Part shown: positions 49,801 to 64,000 of the stretch, in pieces
How positions within the stretch are numbered: the stretch's first letter is position 1
Layout of the letters: each line of letters starts with the position of its first letter
Assembly (NCBI GenBank): GCA_009914755.4
Contig: CP086569.2
Coordinates: forward strand, 3,776,001-3,840,000
Length of the DNA: 64,000 nt
Direction of reading: 5' to 3'
DNA from: the human T2T-CHM13v2.0 reference genome, Homo sapiens
Notes under the pieces: generated by a model
Told to the model about the DNA's origin: nothing
Databases searched by the model: none
What the model saw: only the letters and a program-made list of their open reading frames with translations
Made by a program: the position numbers and the translations under genes

Positions 49801-51559
49801 TGTTCAAACTTTCAGGTTTTTTCCATCTAATGAAAAACAAAACTTGAATTCTTTAATCTAGGCAAAAATATACACATTACCTTGGCTTGTTATAATCTTT
49901 TACAAAAAACACATTTCACTTTCCTTGCACACCTTACATGTAAAACTTTTTCTTTAGTAGTTTTAATTAAATGTTACAATGTTAACTCTTAGCAACTTTT
50001 ATTTTTGGTGAAAAACCTGGTAAGTAAATGATTTTAATTATGTACTAGGTGTGGAGCCTAGGAAACCAAATGAAAGTGTGAATAAGGTCTGATTCTTTGC
50101 AGCATAACCAGGGGAGCATGCCTAACTTCACATGTCCTCAGGCCTTACATAGATTATGATGGCTCCAAAATAGGTAAGTTGGACAATTTTCAAAAGTCAA
50201 AGAATAAGTTTATGACCTTACAGCATTTAGCAAACCTAGTATCTGACCTGCATAATTTATACAATATGTCTAAATTTTTGAATATATTTTTATTTTACCA
50301 TTAATATTTAAACCCGTCTTTAATTCCCAAACATTACGTAAGTCACATGAATGAAAAGGCATTATAGTTTTTATTTTTCTGGCAAAATACTTGATTGAAG
50401 CACTTATTATTTTTAAGCCAATTAATCGGAGCTCTTTCATATATAAACATCACACATACAACACATATAAATACACAGAAAGACAGAAAATCCAGTAATG
50501 TAAGGTTTTCCATTTGCCAGTTTTTAAGTTTCTTAATTGGATTACTGGCTTCAGGGTGGAGCACCTTGAGATACAATGTCAGGAAAGCATGCAGTTTCTA
50601 GGGTCTAATAAGCAGTCATAGCTGGATGCAAAATGGATCCCCAAAAGTTAAGGGTACCATTTTTATACCAGATCCTAGATCCCAAAAAAAGAGAAAAATC
50701 GGCCCATTTCCCATGGGATTCTTATCTCTCAGTGAGAGGTGGAATCATTTCCAGACTTTCTAGGTGGCCAAGAGCACGCTTCTCTGATCCAAATGTGTAA
50801 AGCACTGAGTATCTCACCGTAACTGCCATTAGCCATCCCTAAAAGTATATTTCTTACCCAGTTATTACACACCAAAACTCTCTCATAATTCAAAGTAATT
50901 TCTGATACCCCCAAAAGTTAAAAAAAAAAAATCAGATAACATCATTCAAAGTGGAACAGAGCTTTAGATTTTGAGAGGAATTTTATCTGCTTTTGATTCC
51001 TAGAGCTTCATGAGGGAAAAAGGAAGTTTTTCCCAAAATGGGGTCTGTATTGCCTCCTCTCTTTATCCCAAGGAGAAACTGTCTTAGGAATTATCTTAGG
51101 TTCTCTTATGTGTGCATTAAGAGTGGCAAGAAGACAAAATGGAGAACAACTATTCAGTCAACTGACAAGAAAGAAAAACCTTTTTTTTTTTTTTCAGGAA
51201 AACATGATTCAAGAAGAGAAAAAAATGTAAAGGCCTTTTAAATATATGCATAGCTTGGACTTGGATATCTGCTTTTATTTAAGCTGACTTTTAACCACAC
51301 TGCTCTTTAAAAAAATCTTTCTAAATCTCTTATCACCCTACTTTAGCTAGGCCAAACAGCGAATATTCCTGGCTTTTAAACTTTACCAAAATAAACCTCA
51401 TAGGTGAAACCAATAGGCCTTAACTAAAGTTATGACTTAACCATGAGTGTACAAGGTATTTTCAAAGAGGCAGTTAACGGTTTTTATAATACCTAGAATC
51501 TCCGAAGTTAGGTCAGAGGAAATACAATTCAAGAAGGGAACTCACAAGTTGTTCCTGGA

Positions 51560-51700
51560 GGGGCAGAGAATCAACAAATGGCAAATGTCACACAAATGTC
51601 AACCAGAAAGTACTCTTTCCTAAGCCAGGAATTGAACCCTGAACTCATGTCACCACTGGGAAAAGACAAAGCCTTAGCTACCATGCTACAGCATTTGGCA
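51560..51700 (-). mobile_element. Possible MIR (tRNA-derived SINE) fragment, antisense
   Basis: Reverse complement 'gctgtagcatggtagctaaggctttgtcttttcccagtggtgacatgagttcagggttcaattcctggcttagg...ctggttgacatttgtgtgacatttgcc' loosely matches the MIR 5' region 'acagtatagcatagtggttaag...ctgcctgggttcgaatcccggctc...tagctgtgtgaccttgggcaag'. Low confidence. Confidence 0.3.
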
Positions 51701-52839
51701 GTTTTTATTGCTCTTCCCAGAAGGAGCCTAGAGCAGTCAGTTTGGAGCTTGCGATGGCTTTTGGCTTGCTCAAGATAATTCTTAGAGCTAACTATGGCAT
51801 GAACTCCAAAATTTCTGCCATTTGGATACTGAAGATGAAGAAAAAGTACTGCCACCTGGTTACAAAATCAAGCTCTCAAGGACGTAAAACAAGACGAGAG
51901 AAAATCTTCATCCACTTTTTTATTTTGTTGTTTTCTTTTGGTATCACAGAACTGCAGCAAATTTTGTAACTGACCAGTTTGCCAGGCTGGCTTGAACAGT
52001 GGGCTTACAGGCATCCTAGGTTCACATTCTACCCTAAGGTACCCCTCTTTATGAAAGAATGAAACAGAAAGAAAAATTCATAGCAGAAAGCAAACCAGGT
52101 TTGTTTCAGCTTAAGAGTGGCCTCATGAATCCTTTTTCTCACTAACGAAAACTTTGCAGAGGAGACAGTGCTTTTTACCACTCCTACAGCTCATTTGCAC
52201 AGAGAGAGAGTGGCCAGAAATCTGACTGGTGAAAATTTTTTACCCTTTTGCCGGCATTCCAGGTTTCTGGGTTCCCTTTCTCTGAGTGGCCCTCATGATC
52301 CTGTTTGCTGAATCATAACTGCAACACAAAGGAAAGTTATCTTTTCCCATTTCATGAAACCACAGGCCAAAAGCCTCTCAATATTGTAAGATGCCACGCA
52401 AGTGGCTGCGGAGCGTAACCAAAATAACATTTTCCATTTCAGCAAGAGCAAAATATGCATGACAAAACAGACATTAGCTACTTGGCTTAGGACCCAATAT
52501 CAAACTGGCAAGACTCAAACTTGCCCCCAGTTGGGCCCTGCCATCTTTAATCCATTGAAAGTGCAGTGGAAAGATTCCAACCAGGAGTTTCAACATGTGG
52601 TCTCTGGACAACATAGTCGCCCTGCGTAACAGAAGAGAGAAAATAAAAATAAAAAAAGAAGAAGAAAAATAAAAAGAAAGAAAAGCATTGTCTGTGGTGG
52701 GGTGGGAAAGGTGAGGAGCTCAGGGAGACCAGAGAAAGACCCAGCCATTGCAGCGACACTGAATCAAAAGTTTGGGTGGCTATAGTCCCATCAGTTCCCA
52801 AGTTTCCCCTTTTGGGGAGAACCAAGAAGAAACAAACCC

Positions 52840-55800
52840 CAAAGCTGGCAGAAGAGAAGAAATAACCAAGATCAGAGCAGAACTGAAGGAGATAGATACA
52901 CAAAATACCCTTAAAAACCCATGAGTCCAGGAACTGGTTTTCTGAAAAAATTAATAAAATAGACTGTTAGCTAGACTAATAAGAAGAAAAGAGAGAATAA
53001 TCAAATAGGCACAATAAAGAATGATAAAGGGGATGTTGCCATTGACCCCACAGAAATACAAACAACCACCAGAGAGTACTATAAACACCTCTATGCAAAT
53101 AAACTAGAAAATCTAGAATAAATAAATTCCTGGACACATACAGCCTCCCAAGCTTGAACCAGGAAGAAGGTGAATTCCTGAGTAGACCAATAACAATTTC
53201 TGAAATTGAGGCAGTAATAAATAGCCTACCAACCAATAAAAGCCCAGGACCAGACAAATTTACAGCCAAATTCTATTAGAGGTACAAAAAGGACCTGCTA
53301 CCATTTCTTCCGAAAATATTCCAAACAATTGAAAAGAAGGGACTTCTGCCTAACTCATTTTATGAGACCATCACCATCCTGATAACAAAACCTGGCAGAG
53401 ATACAACAAAAAAAGGAAACTTCAGGCCAATATCCCTGATGAACATCAACACAAAAATTCTAAAGAAAATACTGGAAAACTGAATCCAGCAGCACATCAA
53501 AAAGCTTATCCACTAGAATCAAGTCAGCTTCATCCACAAGATGCAAGGCTGGTTCAACATACACAGATCAATAAATGTAATTCATCATGTAAACAGAACT
53601 AAAGACAAAAACCACATGATTATCTGAATAGATGCAGAAAAGGTCCTCGATAAAATTCAACATCCCTTTAAGTTAAAAACTCTCAATAAACTAGGTATTG
53701 ATGGAATACACCTCAAAATAATAAGAGCCATTTATGACAAACCCACAGCCAATATCATACTGAATGGGCAGAAGCTGGAAGCGTTCTCCTTAAAAACCGG
53801 CACAAGACAAGGACGCCCTCTCTCACCACTCCTATTCAACATAGTATTGGAAGTTCTGTCCAGGGCAATCAGGCAAGAGCAAGAAATAAAGGGCATTCAA
53901 ATAAAAAGAGAGGAATTCAAACTGTCTCTGTTTGCAGATGACATGATCTTTTATCTAGAAAACTCCTTTGTTTTAGCCCAAAAGTTTCTTAAGCTGATAA
54001 GCAGGTTCAGCAGTCTCAGGATACAAAATCAATGTGCAAAAATCATAGGCATTCCAATACGCCAACAACAGACAAGCAGAGAGCCAAATCATGAATTAAC
54101 TCCAAATTCACAATTGCTACAAAGAGAATAAAATACCTAGGAATACAGCTAAAAAAGAAAATGAAGGACCTCTTCAAGTAGAAATACAAACCACTGCTCA
54201 AGGAAATCAGATTTGACACAAACAAACAGAAAAACTTTGCATGCTCATGGATAGGAAGAATCAATACCATAAAAATGGCCATACTGCCCAAAGCAATTTA
54301 TAGATTCAATGCTATTCTCATTAAACTACCATTGATATTCTTCACAGAATTAGAAAAAAACTACTTCAAAATTCATATGGAATCAAAACAGAGCCCATGT
54401 AGCTGTGACAATCCTAAGCAAAAAGAAAAAAGCTGGAGGTATAATGCTACCTGACTTTAAACTATGCTACAAGGCTACAGTAACCAAAACAGCATGGTAC
54501 TGGTACAAAAACAGACACATAGACCAATGGGACAGAATAGAGAATAGAAATAAGACCACATCTACAACCATCTGATCTTTCAAAAACATGAAAAATACAA
54601 GCAATAGGAAAAAGATTCCCTATTTAATTAATAGTGCTGGGAAAACTGGCTATCCAAATGCAGAAAATTGAAACTGGACCCATTCTTTACACCTAATACA
54701 AAAATTAACTCAATGTGGATTAAAGACTTAAATGTAAAAACCAAAGCTATGAAAACCCTAGAAGACAACCTAGGCAATACTATTCAGGATATAGGCATGG
54801 ACAGAAATTTCATGATGAAAACATCAACAGTAATTGCAACAAAAGCAAAAATTGACAAATGGGATCTAATTAAACTAAAGATCACCTGCACAGCAAAAGA
54901 ACTATCATCAGAGTGAACAGAGAACCTACAGAATGGAAGAGAAAATGTTTGCAGTCTATCCATCTGACAAAGATCTAATATCCAGAATCTAAAAGGAACT
55001 TAAATTTACAAGAAAACATGGGCAAAGAATTTGGGAGGCTAAGGTGGGTGGATCACTTGAAGTCAGGAGTTCAAGACCAACTTGGCCACATGGTGAAAGT
55101 GTCTCCACTATTAAAAAAAAAAAAAGAAAAAAAAAGCTAATTAGCTGGGTGTGGCAGTGGGTGCCTATAGTCCCAGCTACTCAGGAGGCTGAGGCTAAAT
55201 AATTGCTTGAGCCTGAGAAATGGAGGTTGTAGTGAGCTGAGATTGCGTCACTACACTCCAGCCTGGGTGGCAGAGTGAGACTTTGTCTCAAAAAAAAAAA
55301 AAAAACATGTGGGCAAAGAACACGAACAAACACTTCTCAAAAGAAGACATTTATGTGGCCATCAAACATATGAAAAATCAACATCACTGATCATTAGATA
55401 AATGCAAATCAAAAGTATATTGAGATACCATATCACGCCACTCAGAATGGTGATTATTAAAAGTCAAGAAACAACAGATGCTGGTGAGGCTGTGGATAAA
55501 CAGGAGTGCTTTGATACTGTTGGTGGGAATATACATTTGTTCAATCATTGTGGAAGACAGTGTGGCTATTCTTTGAAGACCTAGAACCAGAAATACCATT
55601 TGACCCAGCAATCCCTTTACTGGGTATATACGCAAAGTAATATAAGTTATTCTATTATAAAGATACATGCCCATGTATGTTCATTGCAGCACTATTTACA
55701 ATAGCAAAGACATGGAATCAACCCAAATGCCCATCAATGGTAGACTGAAAAAAAGAAAACATAGTATATATGCACCATGGAATACTATCCAGCCATAAAA

Positions 55801-56215
55801 AAGAAAGAGATCATGTCCTTTGCAGGGACATGGATGGAGCTGGAAGCCATTATCCTCAGCAAATCCAAAGCCATTATCCTCACACAGGAACAGAAAACCA
55901 AACACCACGTTCTGACTTATAAGTGGAAGCTGAACAATGAGAACACATGGACACAGGAAGGGGAATGACACACACTGGGCCCTTTTGGGACAGGGAGTTT
56001 GCGGGAGGGAGAGCATCAGGATAAATAGGTAATGCACACGGGACTTAATACCTAGGTGTTGGGTTGATAGGTGCAGCAAACCACCATGGCACATGTTTAC
56101 TTACGTAACAAAACTGCACGTCCTGCATATGTATCCCGGAACTTAAAGAATTCACAAATGGCAAAGGAAGAATTTCCTCTCTTCCCAAAGTGGTGCTAAC
56201 TAAAAAAAAAAAAGC
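52840..56215 (+). mobile_element. 5'-truncated LINE-1 (L1PB/L1PA-old-like): ORF2 mid-region through 3'UTR and poly-A. It carries a nested Alu at 55030-55304
   Basis: 'gaagaaataaccaagatcagagcagaactgaaggagatagatacacaaaatacccttaaaaacccatgagtccaggaactggttttctgaaaaaattaataaaatagactgttagctagactaataagaagaaaagagagaataatcaaatagg' is ORF2. RT blocks 'atccctgatgaacatcaacacaaaaattctaaagaaaatactggaaaactgaatccagcagcacatcaaaaagcttatccac', 'gatgcagaaaaggtcctcgataaaattcaacatccc', 'ccggcacaagacaaggacgccctctctcaccactcctattcaacatagtattggaagttctgtccagggcaatcaggcaagag'. The 3' end 'ggcccttttgggacagggagtttgcgggagggagagcatcagg...cctgcatatgtatcccggaacttaaagaa' is followed by poly-A at 56203-56215. ORF-track peptides 53847-54131, 54668-54916 and 55777-55968 ('MEYYPAIKKKEIMSFAGTWMELEAIILSK...') are ORF2 fragments. 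Confidence 0.85.
55030..55304 (+). mobile_element. 5'-truncated Alu SINE nested in the L1 ORF2 region, with a poly-A tail and a ~15-17-bp TSD
   Basis: 'tttgggaggctaaggtgggtggatcacttgaagtcaggagttcaagaccaacttggccacatggtgaaagtgtctccactattaaaaaaaaaaaaagaaaaaaaaagctaattagctgggtgtggcagtgggtgcctatagtcccagctactcaggaggctgaggctaaataattgcttgagcctgagaaatggaggttgtagtgagctgagattgcgtcactacactccagcctgggtggcagagtgagactttgtctc' plus A16. The TSD is 'aacatgggcaaagaa' (55015-55029) and 'aacatgtgggcaaagaa' (55305-55321). Confidence 0.9.
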
Positions 56216-57087
56216 AAGTAGGTGCGATCCTTAAAGGGCCTGCGTGAGGCCCTATGCAGGCTCACAAACTGCTTCAAAAGCAGTGGCTTTTGAAACCAAT
56301 GGCTTTTGAAGCAATTTGTCCGCCTGCACAGGGGAAAACTTGGCCCTGGGGAGTAACAGGAATGAAAATCATATGGTAAGTCATAAGGACCTGACAGAGC
56401 CAGTGTTCCGATTAGTGTCTGTCCCAGCAATGTGCCAGCAGAAAGGGGAAGGGTTGGAGTTCATCCGAGCTGGTAGGGTAAAAGCAAATATAAATCTCAG
56501 GAGATATCCCCAAGGGAGCCCATGTCTTTGCTGCCTCACAAACCCAGTAAAACAGCTGTGGGCACATGAATAGCAGGGAGTGTATATTTAAGAAGTCACG
56601 TGACCTGCAAAGTGAAAGCAAAGAGCAGACTTACCCCCAAGGCAGATGGTCTGGCAGGTGTGCAAGGCCATTTCAGAACACACACAGAGAAAACAGGAGA
56701 ATAGACATTGTGAATTCTTGGGAAAGAGCCAATTTGAGATGAAAAAGCAGAGGAAACCCAGACATTGCACGGTTTTAGACTTTAGCTCTAGCATTCTCGT
56801 GAGCTTCCTGTCCAGGAGGGCCATTAGTGCTTCAGTCCTACTCCATGTGAACCCCAACGTCCTTTCCACTATGATGAGCCATCCATCAGGGTGAGCTGAG
56901 AGATCAGCCAGGAGGAGCAGGGTCACTAATGTCTGAAAGGAATTGTTCTGGGTGTTAGTTAGTAAGCAGAAGAGAGAAAGGGAGAAGAAAACCATGTATG
57001 GGTGTTGAACACCTCCAGCCAAAGAAGGCGAGGCATAGAGATCTCTTACGATTAGGGCATGGATCCTAGCCAAGCGGTGCCAATGTA

Positions 57088-58125
<1,038 letters not shown>

Positions 58126-61100
58126 GTAACAAATGGACTCGGGTTCCGTTCTATATTATCTGTAAAATGCTAATAATGCCTTCTTTAAGGAACTGTTGTA
58201 ATGACTACGTAAAATGATATGTATTTAATGTGTAAAGCTTAATGTATTATTCATTATAATATAAAATGTAAATTTAATAAAGTGCCAGGAACTATTCAAT
58301 TTTGATAATTTGAAATAGTATACTTAATGCAATTTCAAAAATAAATATATAAGGCTGGTTTTCTAGTGGCCTATTACATAGAATAAACTACAAACGATAT
58401 AAAAGATAATATAAATGCATAATTTTTTAAAAGCCTGAGTTAAAGATCTACAGTGACAGAAAAATTACTCAAAATCGTACTTATAAAAAAAAGTAGCTGA
58501 AACCATAAACTACTCAGAATCTGTCACATAAAACCACAAATATCAGCCAACTTGAACACGTGGGCATTTTTTAAAAGTGACCTAAATTTAATTCTCACTT
58601 AAAAAAAATTATACACTTCATCAGCTTCTAAAGCTATGTAGCATTGCCAAACAAAAGCCACTTTATAATTTTTTTCAAACTATAGCTGATAAATTCTAAA
58701 CAACTTTATGAAAATTTCACTGTGTTTTCTTTATATAATCTAGAGGAAAATCACCCTAAGAAAGGCCCTCATACTTGTCTATGTGTTCAAATGGAAACTT
58801 TTAAATATTTCATCTATAATTCATTTCTGATTTTTCGTGGAATTCTCAATGATTTTTAGAACTATCATTTCATGAATATCTACATACAAAATAATATTGG
58901 CAGTTGCTTAGAAAACCAAATGTGATTTTACCTTTGAAAAGTATTTCATGTTACAGAAGAATCTACAGCAAATGAATTCTAAATCAGTTTTTACATGAAA
59001 TAATATCCACGAGAAATCATATTTATAATATTTTCCATCTGTATAGATTTGATATTTATATTTAGCAATAAAAAAGATATAAAATGTTCAGTATAAAAAA
59101 TTAAGGATAATAAAAGTAAGCCCAATTTGATTACTTATTATTTTGTATAATTATTTAAAAATTGACAACAGAATATGGTTGTAATATATAAAATACAATT
59201 CAGTAAAAAACAAAAAAAGATAGTTCTAGATTTCTAATTTAAACAAAATAATTAAATATTTCATTTCCTACCCTTTTGGGTATTATGTGCAAGATTTTTC
59301 TAATATCTCATTTCTTAATCCTTTTTATAAATGCTCTGATCTAGAAAACTAATGAGTTTTTATCTAAGAGTATCTATCATTCTAAATTTAAAATTGTAAA
59401 CATTCATCTTAACAAAATTCTGTTGGACTACCATTTCTCATGTTGGTTTACAGAAAATGGAAAATGGTACTCCAAAATATGGCACTGTGGTATGCTAAGT
59501 GTTTTGAATTAAAGAAAATTGAAAGGCCTCAATAATAAGCTTCTCAACCACTGTCTCTCTCTTACCTTCCCTTGTCCGCTATCTCTGTGTTCCTTTTTCT
59601 ATTTTTTAAGTAAGAAATCAATTATCCATGTTATTGTTAAAGATGATCTTTTTTCTTTGGTGATAACCAGAAGGGACTGTCTTTAAAATTTTCTTAACTA
59701 AGAAAACTTCTTTCATAAGAAATGTAATAGTTTTAAAATTCCCTCCCTAGAAATATCATCAAATAATGAGAAAGATTAACCACAGAAGGAAGAAAGAGAC
59801 TAGGATTCATCAGAAAGTCCAGATAGACTTTGCATCTATTCTAATGACAGTTCTGAGATTTTATTTGCATAATAAAACATTTACTCACTGTAAAGCCCCA
59901 GCCCTCGCCTTTCCACCATCTCCCTCAGAGCTCAGAAAATCTTTGTAACATGCCATTGCTTTTGGACCTCATTCTTTTCCCCTGAAAATCATTTAATCCC
60001 ACAACCTCCATCTCCCCTTCCCCTATGAAGACAGGTAAATAAGCATCTTGATCTGTTTGGGTTATTGCATAACCCTACTCTAGTTCCCCTATGTTTATGC
60101 CTATTAAATAAATTTTATATACCTTTTTCTCCGATTAATCTGCCTTTAGTCAGTTCATTTTCAGCAAATCTTCAGAGGGTAAAAGGGAAGCTCTCCCTTT
60201 TGACCTTACACTAAATAGAGACAATACAGTGATATAAGCAAAGTGAGAAAAGAAATGTAAACCAAAGACAATGGAAAAAACAAACAAACACAAAAACACA
60301 AAAGGAAAACTATTTAAAATATTGATTGTTTTAGCTTAAGCCAAGACACAACAAATAAAACAAAGTGACTATCATTATCATTGTTAATAATATTATCGAT
60401 GACAATATAAACTAATAAAATGTAGAAAACTAGAAATATGTAAATTTATGAGGAAAGGGTTACATTTTGTGTAAAATTCTAAATGTTAGAGTTTGAATTT
60501 GATTAATATTAGCTACTTTCAACACTAATATGGCAAATACAAACAAATTAAAATGTAAAAAAGAGAAAACAACATGTACTCAGTTTGGCAGCACATATAT
60601 TCAACTTGGAACTAGCCTAGGGACAAACTGCTGCTCAATTCACTTTTATGTTCCTGGAAAATTTCCATTCATTCTCTCTGTTTTGGCTGATTTCTTGGCA
60701 AACAGACATGGGCAGTTTTCCTGTCACAACAGTCATAGCCTCATTTTACATCGTTGTCATGTTTGCACACTGTATGTAGGAACGAGAGATGAAAGTAGAT
60801 TTTGATTAAGATAAATATATTCTACTGTGCAATGAGAATGCCTGGGATTTTCAATTCTGTCTGTTTTGTTAGCCTCTCTGATTGCTTTGGATTTTGGATG
60901 TTTTGTTTTGCTAATCATCACGGAGAGTTTTACTTTTGTATGCTGAAACATATTCTGTTCTGCCTTCCAGATGTATTAAGCTGTTCATTTTTACTCAAAA
61001 ACTGAAACACTTGCTTTATGATTTTCATATACCAAATCCATAGTTAGTGTATATACATCATCTTCACCAATTTTGACCTGGGTATTTTGTAAAATGTGAA

Positions 61101-61691
61101 GTCAAGAACTATTAAACCTAAGCTTCTCTGTCCTAAACTCTTATCTCTCATCTCAAATGTAACATAAAATTCATAATATATTTATTCTAGTTGGTTTGAC
61201 TGTAAGAGAAAATATCCTTCAAAGTAATATCTTTATTTTCACAGAAGATTAATCTTCACTTTGATGTCTTAAAAATAAAAATGAAAAATTTACATATAGA
61301 AGTATAGGATTACTGTGTGCTATGCTTTTCTCATTGATAAAATTAAAAAGTTGGATAATATGAATTCTAAGATGCTTGAAGGTCTAGGATTTATAAAAAC
61401 TATTATTTCTGTAAAGATAAATAAGAATCAAAGTACATTTTTAAATTAATTTCTTATAGAATTTTTAATGAAATATTAAAACTACCACTCACAATTCTGT
61501 TAAAGTTTTAGGCTAAGAAATTTCTTCTAATATGTGTATTCCATATTAATGTTTAGGATTCTGAGAATTTTTAAATTTATCATTTTATACTTTGTGCATT
61601 AGCTTCTCCTCATTACCTTTTTTTCAGCCATGCAAAGATTATAATTCCTTTTGTGTCAAAATCTGCATTATATCTCTTAGAATATGATTAG

Positions 61692-61994
<303 letters not shown>

Positions 61995-62968
61995 TAATTG
62001 GTTCATGTGTTAATATCTTCATCTGTATTGTATCTTTTTGCTCAAGGGCAAGATCTGTCACTCAAGCGCTCAATATTTGATTAATCAGTAAGCTAATTAT
62101 ACTTCTTTTTTTTTACCACACAGTGCCTATTATATTATGGATACTCAATAAATATAATACTTGCTGACTGGTAAACTAGTAAAAGATCAATCATTTTCTT
62201 AGAGATGCACACCTTATTTAGTATATCAGGGATTATTAAATTATTTTATCATTGAAAAATACTGAGCTAAGGTGCTTTCTGAAGAAAGATGGACAGTTAA
62301 TTGTTTGTTTCAATGATGATAAATACCAGCAGTAAATTAGGATGAGATAACAAATTCTTCTGGTTTACAATATTAAGACAGTTATCAATTTCACCATTAA
62401 ATGAAGTACAGTTCTCAGCCATTTATTTTATTTATTTAATGTATCTTTTCTTTTACTCCATTTTTTTCTTGTGATATTTATTTTAATAGAAAGAGGAAGT
62501 ATAAACTGAAGTGATCATTTTGTATTTTGTGAAGAATGGAGAATGTAACATCTGAGACTGTGTCTCCACATCATACATTGCCCCACTATACTCATTAGTG
62601 GTAGAAGGTGTTCTGAGTAAGCTGTCCAATAATTTAAAACCCAAAATGTGTCCAAGGCAGACTTCAAAAATTGCTGGTACTGCCACTTCCAATTTGAAAC
62701 TAACGTGGGTAAATTTTATTCTAACAAAACTTATTGGGAGAAACTGATAAAATTCATTTCAAAACATCCACCAAGTATGACGGCGAACTTCTTCATGACA
62801 CTTAGAACTTTGTACTAGTAAAGGTGACATGATATGGCCACCGAAACCTTAGGAAACAGTAGAAAATCAAAAGCCACATTGTCAGACAGGGACAGCATAA
62901 CTCATTTTGATGCTTGGTAGTATAGCAAGTACAATGGTTTGTACGTTTTTGTCCCTTCCAAATTCATA

Positions 62969-63329
62969 TGTTGAAAGCTTAATCTTCAATGCATCAGTGT
63001 TGGGTGATGGGGCCTAATGGGAGATAAGTTTAAGTCTTAAGGGCTCCACCCTCATGAATGGATTAAGGCCCTTATGAAAAGTGCTTATGGAAATAAGTTC
63101 GCTCTCTTCTGTTTCTCTGCCATTTGAGAAACAGTATTTCTCCCCTTCAAATAATGCTGCATGCAAGGCACCATCCGGAAAGCAGAGACAGATCTGTTAC
63201 CAGATGTCAAACTTGCCAGATTTCTAATTTTGGACTTCTCAGCCTTCAGTGCTATGAGAAATTTCTGTTATTTGTAAATTGCTGAGTCGCGGGTATTCTG
63301 CTATAGCAGCAAGAAATGGACTAAGACAG
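62969..63329 (+). mobile_element. ERVL-type solo LTR (MLT2-like)
   Basis: 'tgttgaaagcttaatcttcaatgcatcagtgttgggtgatggggcctaatgggagataagtttaagtcttaagggctccaccctcatgaatggattaaggcccttatgaaaag...ttaccagatgtcaaacttgccagatttctaattttggacttctcagccttcagtgctatgagaaatttctgttatttgtaaattgctgagtcgcgggtattctgctatagcagcaagaaatggactaagacag' is colinear with the MLT2 consensus 'tgttgaaa.cctaa.cccca.tg.gatggtattagg.ggtggggcctttgggaggtgattaggtcatgagggtggagccctcatgaatgggattagtgcccttataaaaga...cttggacttcccagcctccagaactgtgagaaataaatttctgttgtttataagccacccagtctatggtattttgttatagcagcccgaacggactaagacag'. Confidence 0.8.
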
Positions 63330-64000
63330 TAACTATTGTAACAATGTCAAGAACTGAGGGCAACTTAAAGAAATGATTTGAGTAGTTGTAGAAAGATCAG
63401 ACATTTAACAACAGATCTGTACATATCAGACCACACTCAAAACAAAGCAGGAAGAAATGAGTCTCTGTTGTCTAACACTAACACACAGTATAGAGAATCC
63501 AGAATACTTGTTAATTATGCAGGTGTAAGTGATTTACCAATTATTATTGTAGTAAACATATTCCAAACTAAATTAATAATCTTCTGAAATTTGTACTTTG
63601 AATATCTCTATGTATGACCTCCTTCATGTTAATAAAAATATTATCAGTCTATGAAAATATTTATCATAATTTACAATTTTCTTTCACTACTGTGCAATAT
63701 ACCCAATGAGAATCTAAGTAATATCTCCTACAGAAAACACCTATAATATCTGTCTTTCATTCCATTATGATTGGTTTTCACAGACCTTCATTATTTTACC
63801 TATTTGTGCAATTTTATCTTACATTGAATATGTTCAAAATGATTCAGGCAGTTAAGCTGAATTGAGATCAGTTCTGTCTCCCTCATTACTGCTTGTAATT
63901 ATCCAAATCACTAGTATTATTTTCTAATTCTCTAATATATAAACTTCTATCATCCCCTCACTCCTGTAAATTCCCTAAGAATAATAATCACATCTTACTC

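Noticed and set aside
52580-52680. Short Alu-like stretch 'ccaggagtttcaacatgtggtctctggacaacatagtcgccctg' followed by A/GA-rich sequence
   Set aside because: Only ~45 bp resemble the Alu left-monomer region. It is too short and diverged to call confidently and could be a FLAM/FRAM relic or chance similarity.

Overview
This window is primate (most likely human) nuclear DNA, not a prokaryotic or viral locus. The evidence is at least nine Alu SINEs, two HERV9-type LTR12 elements, several LINE-1 copies, THE1/MST- and MLT-type MaLR elements, and a Tigger1 DNA transposon. The region is AT-rich and gene-poor, probably intergenic or deep intronic. Well over half of it is recognisable interspersed repeat, often nested: Alu inside L1, LTR inside L1, Alu inside LTR. 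I could not support any cellular protein-coding exon, tRNA, rRNA or CRISPR array. Every long ORF in the six-frame track is explained by a repeat: the stop-poor GC-rich LTR12, L1 ORF1/ORF2 remnants, MaLR internal sequence, or chance ORFs in LTR sequence. No defense or other undescribed 'system' is visible. What stands out instead is transposable-element history, listed in the findings. All coordinates were derived by eye from the printed sequence and carry ±10-20 bp uncertainty at repeat boundaries. Family and subfamily names come from memory of repeat consensus sequences, not from a database search.
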